Of a DNA stretch of 46,967 nucleotides, positions 36,305-44,858 are shown piece after piece. Position numbers and translations under genes: made by a program. The stretch spans positions 1 to 46,967 of IMG/VR virus record IMGVR_UViG_3300047547_000347. One strand, 5' to 3'. Numbering within the stretch: the stretch's first letter is position 1; every line of letters starts with the position of its first letter. The notes under the pieces are model-generated. The model did no database searches and was not told where the DNA came from. It was given only the letters and a program-made list of their open reading frames with translations. The stretch is from a virus (Duplodnaviria > Caudoviricetes).

Positions 36305-36577
36305 ATGCTGTGGTACGTACTCCTCTTTGCTGTTGGTGTGTTTGTTGGTTTTTGCATCCGGCATTGCCAGATGTCGTGGTCGGATGAAGTGATCCTCGGG
36401 GTAGTCAAAGACTTGAGTCTGGATTGCAGCATCTGCATCGAAGTGGGGCCTGGTCGTCTGTGCATTTCAAAGTCAGACGATTGGCCCGACATGGATGCAG
36501 ATGACGATGACGACAGTGAGGACGAAGCCACAATGCCGCCTGATCCATCCGATCGACTCCAATTCTCGAATAACTGA
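36305..36577 (+). CDS. small membrane protein with acidic tail
   Basis: GGAGG RBS; N-terminal TM segment. Confidence 0.6.
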   Translation: MLWYVLLFAVGVFVGFCIRHCQMSWSDEVILGVVKDLSLDCSICIEVGPGRLCISKSDDWPDMDADDDDDSEDEATMPPDPSDRLQFSNN

Positions 36578-37005
36578 TGGCCGTTCCAATTCTATCTGAT
36601 GTTGACATGTCTCGGCCCCGTTTTAAAGACGGGGATCGATTGATAGCTCGTGTGTCAACGGAGCTGCGGGCCGACCAACGTCTTATCTTGACGAAGACAA
36701 TTCGGAAGTTTGCACACGCGGAGGTGCGTCCCTGGATCGTCAATTGCCTGAAGACCAGTGTAGATCTCATTCGTGCTGGGCGACGTGAGAATCTTGTATC
36801 TTTGGTTCACGTTGAACCAGATGCCAAGACAAAAGGTGTGATGAATCTCAGCCTTGGTGTAGTTGACTTTATGGATGGTGATATTCTTGAAGTCACCACA
36901 CGTCGGATGGAGTCGCATCAAATACGGGACATGCAGGCGATGCTGCGGGATTGGTCAGGACGACAAATTGAAGTGAAAATTCTTGCAGGAGCGACGGCCC
37001 TCTAG
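36577..37005 (+). CDS. hypothetical protein
   Basis: TGATG overlap; followed by terminator. Confidence 0.65.
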   Translation: MAVPILSDVDMSRPRFKDGDRLIARVSTELRADQRLILTKTIRKFAHAEVRPWIVNCLKTSVDLIRAGRRENLVSLVHVEPDAKTKGVMNLSLGVVDFMDGDILEVTTRRMESHQIRDMQAMLRDWSGRQIEVKILAGATAL

Positions 37006-37036
37006 ATCGTTGGCACCTTCTTGGTGTGGCTGTCCG

Positions 37037-37075
37037 ATCGGTAACAGACTCTTGTCTGTTACCGATTTTTCGTTT
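37037..37075 (+). terminator. Rho-independent terminator
   Basis: ATCGGTAACAGAC-TCTT-GTCTGTTACCGAT perfect 13-bp stem followed by a T run. Confidence 0.85.
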
Positions 37076-37085
37076 GCCTAATGTC

Positions 37086-37113
37086 TTGTTAGCGTCTTCG
37101 GTACGCTTATAGT
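37086..37113 (+). promoter_or_regulatory. possible promoter for head gene block
   Basis: TTGTTA-16nt-TATAGT immediately after the terminator. Confidence 0.35.
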
Positions 37114-37160
37114 GGGGAAGATCTCAGGCATTCACGAGAGACAATGATCCGGGGTGATCG

Positions 37161-37712
37161 ATGAAGAATGTAACTTTCTATCTTGGACCGGCGACAGACA
37201 TCCTGGCAACCCGTCAGTTGACGATCACTCGTATGCCGAATGCGAGTGACGGCACGACCATGCCGTCCGCGTCGCACGATGCGGACGCTGGTGCAGGGAA
37301 CTCGTTCGTAACGGTCGCCCTCGCCAGCAATCAGATCTTCCAGGCTAAGCTGGTTGACACGCTCGACACCGGCGAAGTCGCACGCCCGCAAGTCATTCAG
37401 TTTCACACGGGGGACATGGTGTTCCCGGGTCCTGCGGTTACCGACGGGTACCTTCGTGTCTACGCTGTAGAAGACCTGAGCAGTTCCAGCTCGGTCAGCT
37501 CTAGCAGCCTCTCGTCCAGTTCTGCTTCGTCGGTTAGTTCGGCGTCCAGCGGCGAGTCGAGTCAGTCGTCCAGCAGCCTGTCGAGTTCCAGTAGCTCGGT
37601 GTCGAGTAGCTCCAGCCACTCGTCCAGTTCTGCGTCGTCGGTTAGCTCGATCAGTTCGGCGTCTTCGGCTTCCAGCAACTCTTCGAGTAGCTCGTCCAGC
37701 AGCACGTCGTAA
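37161..37712 (+). CDS. beta-domain protein with C-terminal poly-serine tail
   Basis: About 105-aa folded-looking domain plus about 75-aa Ser tract. Confidence 0.75.
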   Translation: MKNVTFYLGPATDILATRQLTITRMPNASDGTTMPSASHDADAGAGNSFVTVALASNQIFQAKLVDTLDTGEVARPQVIQFHTGDMVFPGPAVTDGYLRVYAVEDLSSSSSVSSSSLSSSSASSVSSASSGESSQSSSSLSSSSSSVSSSSSHSSSSASSVSSISSASSASSNSSSSSSSSTS

Positions 37713-37804
37713 TGAACCGGATGGTCCAGTCTTGGAATCGTTCGCAGTCGCGGCCTAGGTACACAGGGCCGGACAGCGTGGTAGTAGATGAGGAGAGGAT
37801 TCAA

Positions 37805-38119
37805 ATGGCTGATCGACGTCCATTGCCGGGTGAGAGTGTTGCACTCACCAAGACACAGCTCAAGAACATCGTGACCGCTCTCAAGGAGCGATCACTTGAT
37901 CAGGTGCTGGTCATCCGTAATGAGACCTACGCCGCACTGAAGCGGCTGGAACTCGAGCGTGATGTGACCAAGAATTGGGAAGGGAATCCCAATGGCAGCA
38001 ATCAGTTTGATATGCGGTCGATCCTGGATTGGGTCCGCCGCATTCAGAAAGATGATCTCGTCGCTGTTGATCAACTGTTGATCATCGACGCCACAGCCTG
38101 TGCACGCGGCGGAAGCTGA
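37805..38119 (+). CDS. hypothetical protein
   Basis: GAGGAGAGG RBS before ATG 37805; frame open from 37712. Confidence 0.65.
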   Translation: MADRRPLPGESVALTKTQLKNIVTALKERSLDQVLVIRNETYAALKRLELERDVTKNWEGNPNGSNQFDMRSILDWVRRIQKDDLVAVDQLLIIDATACARGGS

Positions 38120-38412
38120 TGTACATCGGATACGCACAAGTAGCCTGCACCAATGCCGTCAAAACGGTAACGGACTTCGGCACGGTTCCTGCCGAGGCTA
38201 CACACGTTGAGTTGCAGTGTGCTGCCTCTGCGGGCGGCATCAACTACACCATGGACAACGTAACGGTGCCGGGTGATCAGCGTGGAATGTATCTCGCTGC
38301 TGCCCATCCTCCGAAACTGTTCGAGATTGCTGATTTCAAGCGAATCAAGTTCTTGAGTGTGGATGCGGCATCGTCGCACTTGCACGCTCACTACATCGGA
38401 CGGCAAACGTGA
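38119..38412 (+). CDS. putative small structural protein
   Basis: TGATG/GTGA overlaps; beta-rich 97 aa. Confidence 0.6.
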   Translation: MYIGYAQVACTNAVKTVTDFGTVPAEATHVELQCAASAGGINYTMDNVTVPGDQRGMYLAAAHPPKLFEIADFKRIKFLSVDAASSHLHAHYIGRQT

Positions 38413-40322
38413 TCGATACGCACGACCAACTGGTTCGAGAGATCCGTGCTCGTCAGCAAAAGCAGACGAGTTTTAATTACGGTATCTCTACGGCAGATGC
38501 GTACGTCAAGACGATCTATGAGTGCGTAGGTTCCGATTTGTGTTACCGGTACGCCGCTAAAGGTAACACCAGTTTCGATGACGTGATGCGGAAGGCGGCC
38601 AAGACGCTGACTTACTCCAACCCCGACATGGAGGTGGAGGAGAAGGCGACGGACATTTACGCCCAGGGACTGTTGCCGGACGGCATCGAGCTGCCCAAGA
38701 ACACACTGATGGTCTTCCGCCACGTGCTGACCACGCCGCGGAAGGATCGGGACGGTGACATCCTGCGAACGCAGGGTGCGGAGATCGATCCCAAGATGCT
38801 GTTGCTGTGGCAACACGTCCATACGCTGCCGATTGGCAAATACCTCGGCACGCATTCGCAGAACTCAAAGAAGCTGGTGGTTTACAGTGCGATCGTTGAC
38901 ATGAACGATCTTGCACACGATTCAGCGGTGATGATTGAGAACGACATGGGTCGGTTCTCACATGGCTTCCGTGCCATCGCGTTCGACAACCTCAAAGAAG
39001 AGGGCGGCGGACGCACGTCGGGCAAAGGAGGCTTCGATGTCAAGCAGTTTGAAGTCATGGAAGAGTCCCTTGTGTCCGTACCGTCTAATGCCGACGCGGA
39101 CGTCGAGGAAGTTATCATGTCCCTGGTGGAAAGCAAGAAGCTGACAAGCCCTCTGATGAAGGGGGTCGGTCGGCAGATTCGGGAGAAGTCGATGGCGAAG
39201 TCAACCACCGTACCGGTGAAGCTGGACCTCCAGGTAATGCTCAACGGGAAGAACATCGATGCAGAGTATGGACTCGAAGAGAAGGGCGGGGGCAAAGAAG
39301 GATGCGGTTGCTCCGGCGCATCAGGAGAAGAAGATGGAGCTGCCGACAGCAAAGCGAAAGGTCCCGACGACCAAGAAGTGACGTGCAGTTGCGGCAAGCC
39401 GGCAAAGGAGTGCGACTGCAAGAAGGACGACAAGAAGGCTAAGAAGGCCATGTGCCCCGACTGCGAATCACCGCTCAACGAAGACGGTATCTGCGAGGAG
39501 TGCGGATACGGAATGGAAGAAGAGAAGGCTGCCGTCGACCAAGACGAAGCCGACGCGAACAACGACATGGGCGTTGTGATGTGCCCGAGCTGCGGCACTG
39601 TTGCACTGGTGGACGGCAAGTGTCCCAAGTGCGGCAGCACACCGGCCAAGGCGCCCAAGGCCTTCCAGCCCGACTGGAGCAAGGGGTACGTAAGCGGGTC
39701 AGCACTCACCGGGTCGTGGGAAAACATCCAGTCCGGCCTGTACGAGAAGGTCACCGCCTTCGCCAAGCAGAATGGAATGGACCTCAGCAATCAGCCAGGC
39801 GGCGGTTACGCCTACCTGCTTGCCACCTACGATGGTAATGCGGTCATCGCAGTGAGTCAGCCGACAGGTGAAGCTTCTTACTATCGAGCCGAATGGAAGA
39901 TGACGGACAAGGGTCCGAAGTTTGTCGGCTCGATGAAGGAAGTGCGGATCGAAGTCAGTACGGACATCATCGAGAAGTCGATCAAGTCCGGTCGCGTACT
40001 CAGCGGCAAGAACAAAGCTGCATTGCAAAACGTGCACGACAGCATCGATGAACTGGATCAGAAGGAACTGCTGCTGTCCAAGGGCGGTCGAGCTCTGTGT
40101 CGCCAGAGTAAGACGACGCTCGTTGAAATCATCAAGGCGTGTGATCCGCCGCCGTCTCAGGTGTCGGTGCTGGACATCACAGCGAAGGATGCAATGGCTG
40201 AGTTCCTCATCAAGGCGACGCCTGAAGAGATGGAACGCATGACCAAGACAATTGAAACCCTGAAGTCCATCGACAAGCGGGACAACAGGACGAAGCAGAT
40301 CCGAGCTCTTGTGAGCCGGTAA
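38409..40322 (+). CDS. HK97-type prohead (maturation) protease with zinc ribbons and C-terminal extension
   Basis: DRDGDIL, LLWQH..LPIGK, FSHGF, EESLVSVPSN; CxxC pairs; KSGRVLSGKN. Confidence 0.9.
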   Translation: MIDTHDQLVREIRARQQKQTSFNYGISTADAYVKTIYECVGSDLCYRYAAKGNTSFDDVMRKAAKTLTYSNPDMEVEEKATDIYAQGLLPDGIELPKNTLMVFRHVLTTPRKDRDGDILRTQGAEIDPKMLLLWQHVHTLPIGKYLGTHSQNSKKLVVYSAIVDMNDLAHDSAVMIENDMGRFSHGFRAIAFDNLKEEGGGRTSGKGGFDVKQFEVMEESLVSVPSNADADVEEVIMSLVESKKLTSPLMKGVGRQIREKSMAKSTTVPVKLDLQVMLNGKNIDAEYGLEEKGGGKEGCGCSGASGEEDGAADSKAKGPDDQEVTCSCGKPAKECDCKKDDKKAKKAMCPDCESPLNEDGICEECGYGMEEEKAAVDQDEADANNDMGVVMCPSCGTVALVDGKCPKCGSTPAKAPKAFQPDWSKGYVSGSALTGSWENIQSGLYEKVTAFAKQNGMDLSNQPGGGYAYLLATYDGNAVIAVSQPTGEASYYRAEWKMTDKGPKFVGSMKEVRIEVSTDIIEKSIKSGRVLSGKNKAALQNVHDSIDELDQKELLLSKGGRALCRQSKTTLVEIIKACDPPPSQVSVLDITAKDAMAEFLIKATPEEMERMTKTIETLKSIDKRDNRTKQIRALVSR

Positions 40323-40329
40323 CCAACGC

Positions 40330-40914
40330 ATGTCGATCATCTACTGTGCGGTCAATCGGGTAAACGGAAAGCGATACATCGGGAAAACCCGTAATGCGCT
40401 TTCTGCAAGACGTCGAACGCACGAGTTGTGTTCGTTAAAGGAAGCGGGTGTACGTTTTTGCTTCCATCGGGCTTTAAGAAAGTACGGACATGCGGCTTTT
40501 GATTGGGAAGTGCTCTTTGAGGGAGTTGTTAGTCGACAGGTCTTGAGTAAACTTGAAATAGACTTTATTCAAGATCTGCAGACGCAGGCGCCGGATGGAT
40601 ACAACATGACGCCGGGCGGCGAAGGCGGTAATCATGGAATTGAGCACACCCGAAAAATGCAGGCGAAAGCTGTTCTAGCTAATACCGGCAGTAAGAGGTC
40701 ACATACAATTCGGCAGAAATGTCGAGAGGCTCAGATAAAAAGATTTCAATCCCAAGAACAAAGACAAGCGGTCGGGGCTTCCCGTAAAGGTAGGACTTGG
40801 GAAGAGATCTACGGAACCGAAAGGGCCCAGCAAAAGCGGCGGGAATATAGCTTGCGAATGCTGGGAAACGGGAGAGGGAACGGTAGAGGAGTAGCTGTCA
40901 ACGGTGGTCGTTGA
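40330..40914 (+). CDS. GIY-YIG homing endonuclease
   Basis: IIY...NGKRYIGKT, ALRKYG..F.W, GYNMTPGG; paralog of 6206..6898. Confidence 0.88.
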   Translation: MSIIYCAVNRVNGKRYIGKTRNALSARRRTHELCSLKEAGVRFCFHRALRKYGHAAFDWEVLFEGVVSRQVLSKLEIDFIQDLQTQAPDGYNMTPGGEGGNHGIEHTRKMQAKAVLANTGSKRSHTIRQKCREAQIKRFQSQEQRQAVGASRKGRTWEEIYGTERAQQKRREYSLRMLGNGRGNGRGVAVNGGR

Positions 40915-40955
40915 CGCTATCCAGACTGTAGTGAGTTGACGAAAGGATAGCACCT

Positions 40956-42593
40956 ATGCGACTCACCAATAAGATGCGAAAGTGGCTCATCGACGAGTGC
41001 AACGTCAAGGCGACGTCCACTGACGATGAGTTCAAGAAGGCCGCCGGCACGGCGTTGGCGGCTGGCACCTTGACCGCGGAAAAGCTCACTGAGTTGTCCA
41101 CGACCAAGGAAGACGAAGAGGCCGACGACGTGGTCAGCCTGTTCAAGGGCATCTCGGACACCTTCAAGGACATCAGCAAGTCGCTGAAGACCGACGAGAA
41201 GTCTGGTGAAGCCGAAACCAAGGACGGCGAAGAGCCGGACGGCGAAAAGTCTGCAAAGACGACTAAGCCGACCGGCGAGAAGGCCAAGCCTTCGATGCTA
41301 GAGAAGCTCTTCACCCGGTCCGCCGGACCTGTCGATGAGGACGTCGATGGCGAAGAGAAGTCCTTCAGCGTTCGCATCAAGGAAGTTGCGGAGCAGTACA
41401 CCGACACCAAGTCGGCCCTGACGTTCCCCGAGTATACGGATAAGGGCAAGGCCCATCCGTTGGCCGGCAAGCCGGTCAAGGACTACTCGGAAGGTGCGTC
41501 GCGGACGATCCACGAGGCGTCGGACCTGGACAAGGCGGTTGCCGGAGCGTACGGCAAGTTCCTTGTGCAGACTGCTCGGCTCAAGAGCCGGTCGCTGGCG
41601 TTTGCTCAGCTTCCCCAGCACGACAGGGAACTGCTCTGCCATGCGATGGAGAAGATGACGTGGGGTGGATCTTCGGATGGCGGCGATTACGCCGACATCA
41701 AAAACCGCCGCCTGACGCCGGCAGAGCAGAAGGCCCTGATCGACGACAGCACTTCGGGCGGCTTGGAAGCTGCTCCGATTGTTTTCGACGACATGGTAAT
41801 CCAGACCCCGCTACTGAACGGCGAACTCTACCCACTGGTGACTCAGGTTCCTCTGGACCGCGGTCGTCGGGTGGAAGGTGTGTCGGTCGGCAACGTGACT
41901 GGAAGCTGGGGCGGTGTCGATGACACGGCTATCTCGCTGTTTAACACGGCGAGCTACGTCGCAGCCTTCGATACGACCATCTTCCGCTGGGAAGGTGCGA
42001 TCCGGCTCGGACTGGACTTCCTGTCCGACACGCCGATTGACTTCGGCCCGATCATCACCGCTCAGTACGGTGAACGGCTGCTTGAGGACCTGGACGATGT
42101 CATTGCCGTCGGCAATGGCACGACCCAGCCCGAAGGCATCATGACCAAGAGCGGTACCACCAGCGTCAGCTTCGGTGGGGCCACGTCCATCGGCAACTAC
42201 GAATCGCTGCGGTTCGGCGTGCCGAAGAAGGAGCACAAGGCGAACGTCAAGTCGTCCGCCGTGTTCGTCGGGACGGAAACCAGTTACCAGCGGGTGCGTG
42301 CTATTCCGGTCGGAGCGAGCGATGCTCGTCGCCTGGGCGGAATGGATTACGACTCGTACTCCTGGATGCAGCGGCCGTATAAGATCAACGAGTCCTTGAC
42401 GAACTCGCAGATCTTCTACGCCATCCTTGCACGGTACCGGATGTACCGTCGGCGTGGACTGTCCATGCGGCAGTCGACCGAGGGTGACACGCTGATCCGC
42501 AACAACGAGTTGCTGATGGTCGCGATGGCCCGATACGGCGGTCAGCTCGAGCGTGGTGCTTGTGCTGCTGTCACGTCGACCGCACCGGCCTAA
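40956..42593 (+). CDS. major capsid protein (HK97 fold) with long N-terminal scaffold/delta region
   Basis: KALIDDSTSGG..P, LDD..AVGNGTTQPEGI, RYGG; downstream of protease and followed by terminator. Confidence 0.92.
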   Translation: MRLTNKMRKWLIDECNVKATSTDDEFKKAAGTALAAGTLTAEKLTELSTTKEDEEADDVVSLFKGISDTFKDISKSLKTDEKSGEAETKDGEEPDGEKSAKTTKPTGEKAKPSMLEKLFTRSAGPVDEDVDGEEKSFSVRIKEVAEQYTDTKSALTFPEYTDKGKAHPLAGKPVKDYSEGASRTIHEASDLDKAVAGAYGKFLVQTARLKSRSLAFAQLPQHDRELLCHAMEKMTWGGSSDGGDYADIKNRRLTPAEQKALIDDSTSGGLEAAPIVFDDMVIQTPLLNGELYPLVTQVPLDRGRRVEGVSVGNVTGSWGGVDDTAISLFNTASYVAAFDTTIFRWEGAIRLGLDFLSDTPIDFGPIITAQYGERLLEDLDDVIAVGNGTTQPEGIMTKSGTTSVSFGGATSIGNYESLRFGVPKKEHKANVKSSAVFVGTETSYQRVRAIPVGASDARRLGGMDYDSYSWMQRPYKINESLTNSQIFYAILARYRMYRRRGLSMRQSTEGDTLIRNNELLMVAMARYGGQLERGACAAVTSTAPA

Positions 42594-42637
42594 TGTGTAC
42601 GAGGGGTGGGCTTCACGAGGGCCCACTCTACGCCACG

Positions 42638-42689
42638 CCTGGCCGTCGGTTTTGTTCTTCGGCCGACGGCCAGGTTTGTCTTTGCTTTT
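42638..42689 (+). terminator. Rho-independent terminator after capsid gene
   Basis: CCTGGCCGTCGG / CCGACGGCCAGG 12-bp stem plus T-rich tail; a second hairpin lies at about 42604-42628. Confidence 0.8.
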
Positions 42690-42740
42690 ATCGAAGAACA
42701 TCTGTATAGCTGATCGAAGAACAAAGAAAGGAGGGCAAAC

Positions 42741-43358
42741 ATGCCCACTGCGACACAAGATTCGCCGGCCAAAGAGGCCCAAATCGACTCAGTGATTCCG
42801 CCGTTCGGGATCGAGGCAGACCATCCGCGGAACTGTGACCTGATCATTCAGGCAGTACCGGGATTGATTCTGCGAAGTGCGATTGACACGTCCAAAGGTG
42901 TGCGGGACGTCCGCACTGGCCAGATGGTGATCCCGAAGGATCAGATCATCAACATGGGCGACTTCCCCAAGACGCCCGGCATGCAGTTGCACGTTAATCC
43001 GAACGACTGCACTTACGTGGTGATTGATCCGCTTGCAAAAGATGAGCGGATCATGGAATTGGTGCAGCAGTGGATCCGCACCAAGACTCCTTACCGTAAT
43101 GCCAAGATCAAACTTGAGCACACGGTGGAAGGGAAGCTCGACCGCCATCGGATGAAGACGCTGTGCCGAGAAATGGTGTGGCTGGTGCAGGCCAACGAAG
43201 CCAAGAAGGTCCGCGGCAGTATGCCGGACCTGGAAGACCTCGAGGCGTTGCCTGGCTACTTCATGCTCAACCCCGGAAGCCGCGTGCAGAACACGCAGCC
43301 GATATACGAGAAGGATTTCGAGGCGTGGGTTGATCGCCTTGCCAACCAGGGCGGCTGA
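42741..43358 (+). CDS. hypothetical protein
   Basis: AAGGAG RBS; 205 aa. Confidence 0.75.
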   Translation: MPTATQDSPAKEAQIDSVIPPFGIEADHPRNCDLIIQAVPGLILRSAIDTSKGVRDVRTGQMVIPKDQIINMGDFPKTPGMQLHVNPNDCTYVVIDPLAKDERIMELVQQWIRTKTPYRNAKIKLEHTVEGKLDRHRMKTLCREMVWLVQANEAKKVRGSMPDLEDLEALPGYFMLNPGSRVQNTQPIYEKDFEAWVDRLANQGG

Positions 43359-43360
43359 AC

Positions 43361-43879
43361 GTGGCGAAGAAGCCAAGTGACGGACTTAGTCGCGAAGAGC
43401 GACGTATCAGATCGATTGAAGCTGCCCGCCAACGACGTGTTGACCGGGCAGCGACAATTGACATACAGACGCAATGGTTCATCAAGGAGGTGTGTGGTAC
43501 GGTTAGCCTGAGCCTCAAGAAGAGGGTCAGGATTGCGACTGAGCTTGTCAAGAATAAGATCATTCGCAACATCAGCCGACCGGTTACCAAGACAGTCAAG
43601 ACCCATTTGGAGAATGGAAAGCCGGTACAGCGTACAGTCGTGTCTGATCGGTCTAAGAAGGGAGAGTTCCCCAAGGCCGATACAACGCAGTTGATGAAGA
43701 CAATTTTCAGTGCGTATGAAGAGCCGGGGGAAGGGAATTTTGCGGGGTTTGTGGGAACCCCGCTGGACTATGGAGTGATGCTGGAAACCTTGCCGCAGCT
43801 CGATCGAAGTTTCCTTGTGCGAACACTGAATGAAGAACGCGACAACGTGATGGCGATTTTGTCGGGACCGATCAAATGA
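43361..43879 (+). CDS. HK97 gp10-like neck/tail completion protein
   Basis: GEFPKADT..L, VGTPLDYG..LE, RSFL; position in neck region. Confidence 0.7.
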   Translation: MAKKPSDGLSREERRIRSIEAARQRRVDRAATIDIQTQWFIKEVCGTVSLSLKKRVRIATELVKNKIIRNISRPVTKTVKTHLENGKPVQRTVVSDRSKKGEFPKADTTQLMKTIFSAYEEPGEGNFAGFVGTPLDYGVMLETLPQLDRSFLVRTLNEERDNVMAILSGPIK

Positions 43880-44355
43880 AAGTTGACAAAGTCAAATTCG
43901 CCGATTCGATGGCCAAGGCTGCTACCAGTTTCGCCGCCCTTGCCGAGAAGGCGTTCTGCCCGACTGGACCAGGTGGCGGTGTGAACCCGACGTGCGGATC
44001 AGGAGGCGGATCAGGAGGCGGATCAGGCCTCTCTCCAGAGGCTGCCAAAGAGCGGAAGGCATTGACGAAGATGATGCCTTCCGGATCGAAGGCCACAGCC
44101 GACGGCGTTCGATGGGAAAAGAGAGGCGGTCAGGCCGGAAAGAAGATCTTGTCTAAGTTGGTAGAGAAAGCCACTGCTGCTGGGTTTGTTCAGCAGACAC
44201 ACGAATCACACTCGTCGCAGGCTGGTCCGGTTGGTAGTGGCCAGGTTTACAAACATCCAAATGGACACACTCTTCGGACTGATAAGAGTTTTGGTGCGAC
44301 GGCTGACAGCAACTGGTACTCGGCGACATTGACCTTCGGATCAGGACCTGCGTGA
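43876..44355 (+). CDS. small protein carrying the KAFCPTG motif; candidate head-packaged protein
   Basis: 24-aa leader, motif, Gly-Ser linker, about 105-aa unknown domain; ATGA/GTGA overlaps. Confidence 0.75.
   Translation: MKVDKVKFADSMAKAATSFAALAEKAFCPTGPGGGVNPTCGSGGGSGGGSGLSPEAAKERKALTKMMPSGSKATADGVRWEKRGGQAGKKILSKLVEKATAAGFVQQTHESHSSQAGPVGSGQVYKHPNGHTLRTDKSFGATADSNWYSATLTFGSGPA
43948..44013 (+). repeat. KAFCPTGPGGGVNPTCGSGGG motif, copy 3
   Basis: One substitution (D to N) relative to copies 1 and 2. Confidence 0.95.
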
Positions 44356-44849
44356 GCATCGTTACACTGTCCGCTGACTCGGTCATCGCCTCCATCTGGA
44401 CACAAGGGCTGGATTGGGAGTTTAAGAAGAACTGGGCTGAGGCGAATCGAAACCAATACGAATCTCTCCACGATCAAGAAGCGACACCCGGCCAACCCTT
44501 CCCGTACTGCGTGATTGAAGTCGGCAAGGTAAAAGTCGACGCCCGAATGACAGGGCACGACAAGAACGAGAAACACCAGATTGTCAGCGTGCCAGTTGAG
44601 TTTAGAGTGCACGCCAGAGGGATGTCCGGGTCCGGTAAAACAGCCAAGGCAATAGCGGGTGAGCTGGCGGATGCTGTACTAGCCTACTTTGGGGGCCACC
44701 CCACCACAGCACCTAAGGCAGCCACCTTGTCGCAGGGAACTTTGCTGTTAGTACAGTACCAAAGCCACTTCGGCACCCGCACCGGCGATGAAGAGTACCA
44801 AATCACGATCAACTACCTGGTTCAATTGGACCAGCAATACCAGACGTAA
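44352..44849 (+). CDS. tail terminator-like protein
   Basis: PFPYCVI motif, size, position before the tail tube gene. Confidence 0.65.
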   Translation: MSIVTLSADSVIASIWTQGLDWEFKKNWAEANRNQYESLHDQEATPGQPFPYCVIEVGKVKVDARMTGHDKNEKHQIVSVPVEFRVHARGMSGSGKTAKAIAGELADAVLAYFGGHPTTAPKAATLSQGTLLLVQYQSHFGTRTGDEEYQITINYLVQLDQQYQT

Positions 44850-44858
44850 GGACGCCCG

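Noticed and set aside
38882-42782. Long minus-strand ORFs 38882..39790 and 41811..42782
   Set aside because: Shadows of the protease and capsid genes, expected from biased codon usage.
43996-44028. Tandem GGATCAGGAGGC repeat
   Set aside because: Only about 2.5 copies encoding a GSGG linker after the tag; no separate role evident.
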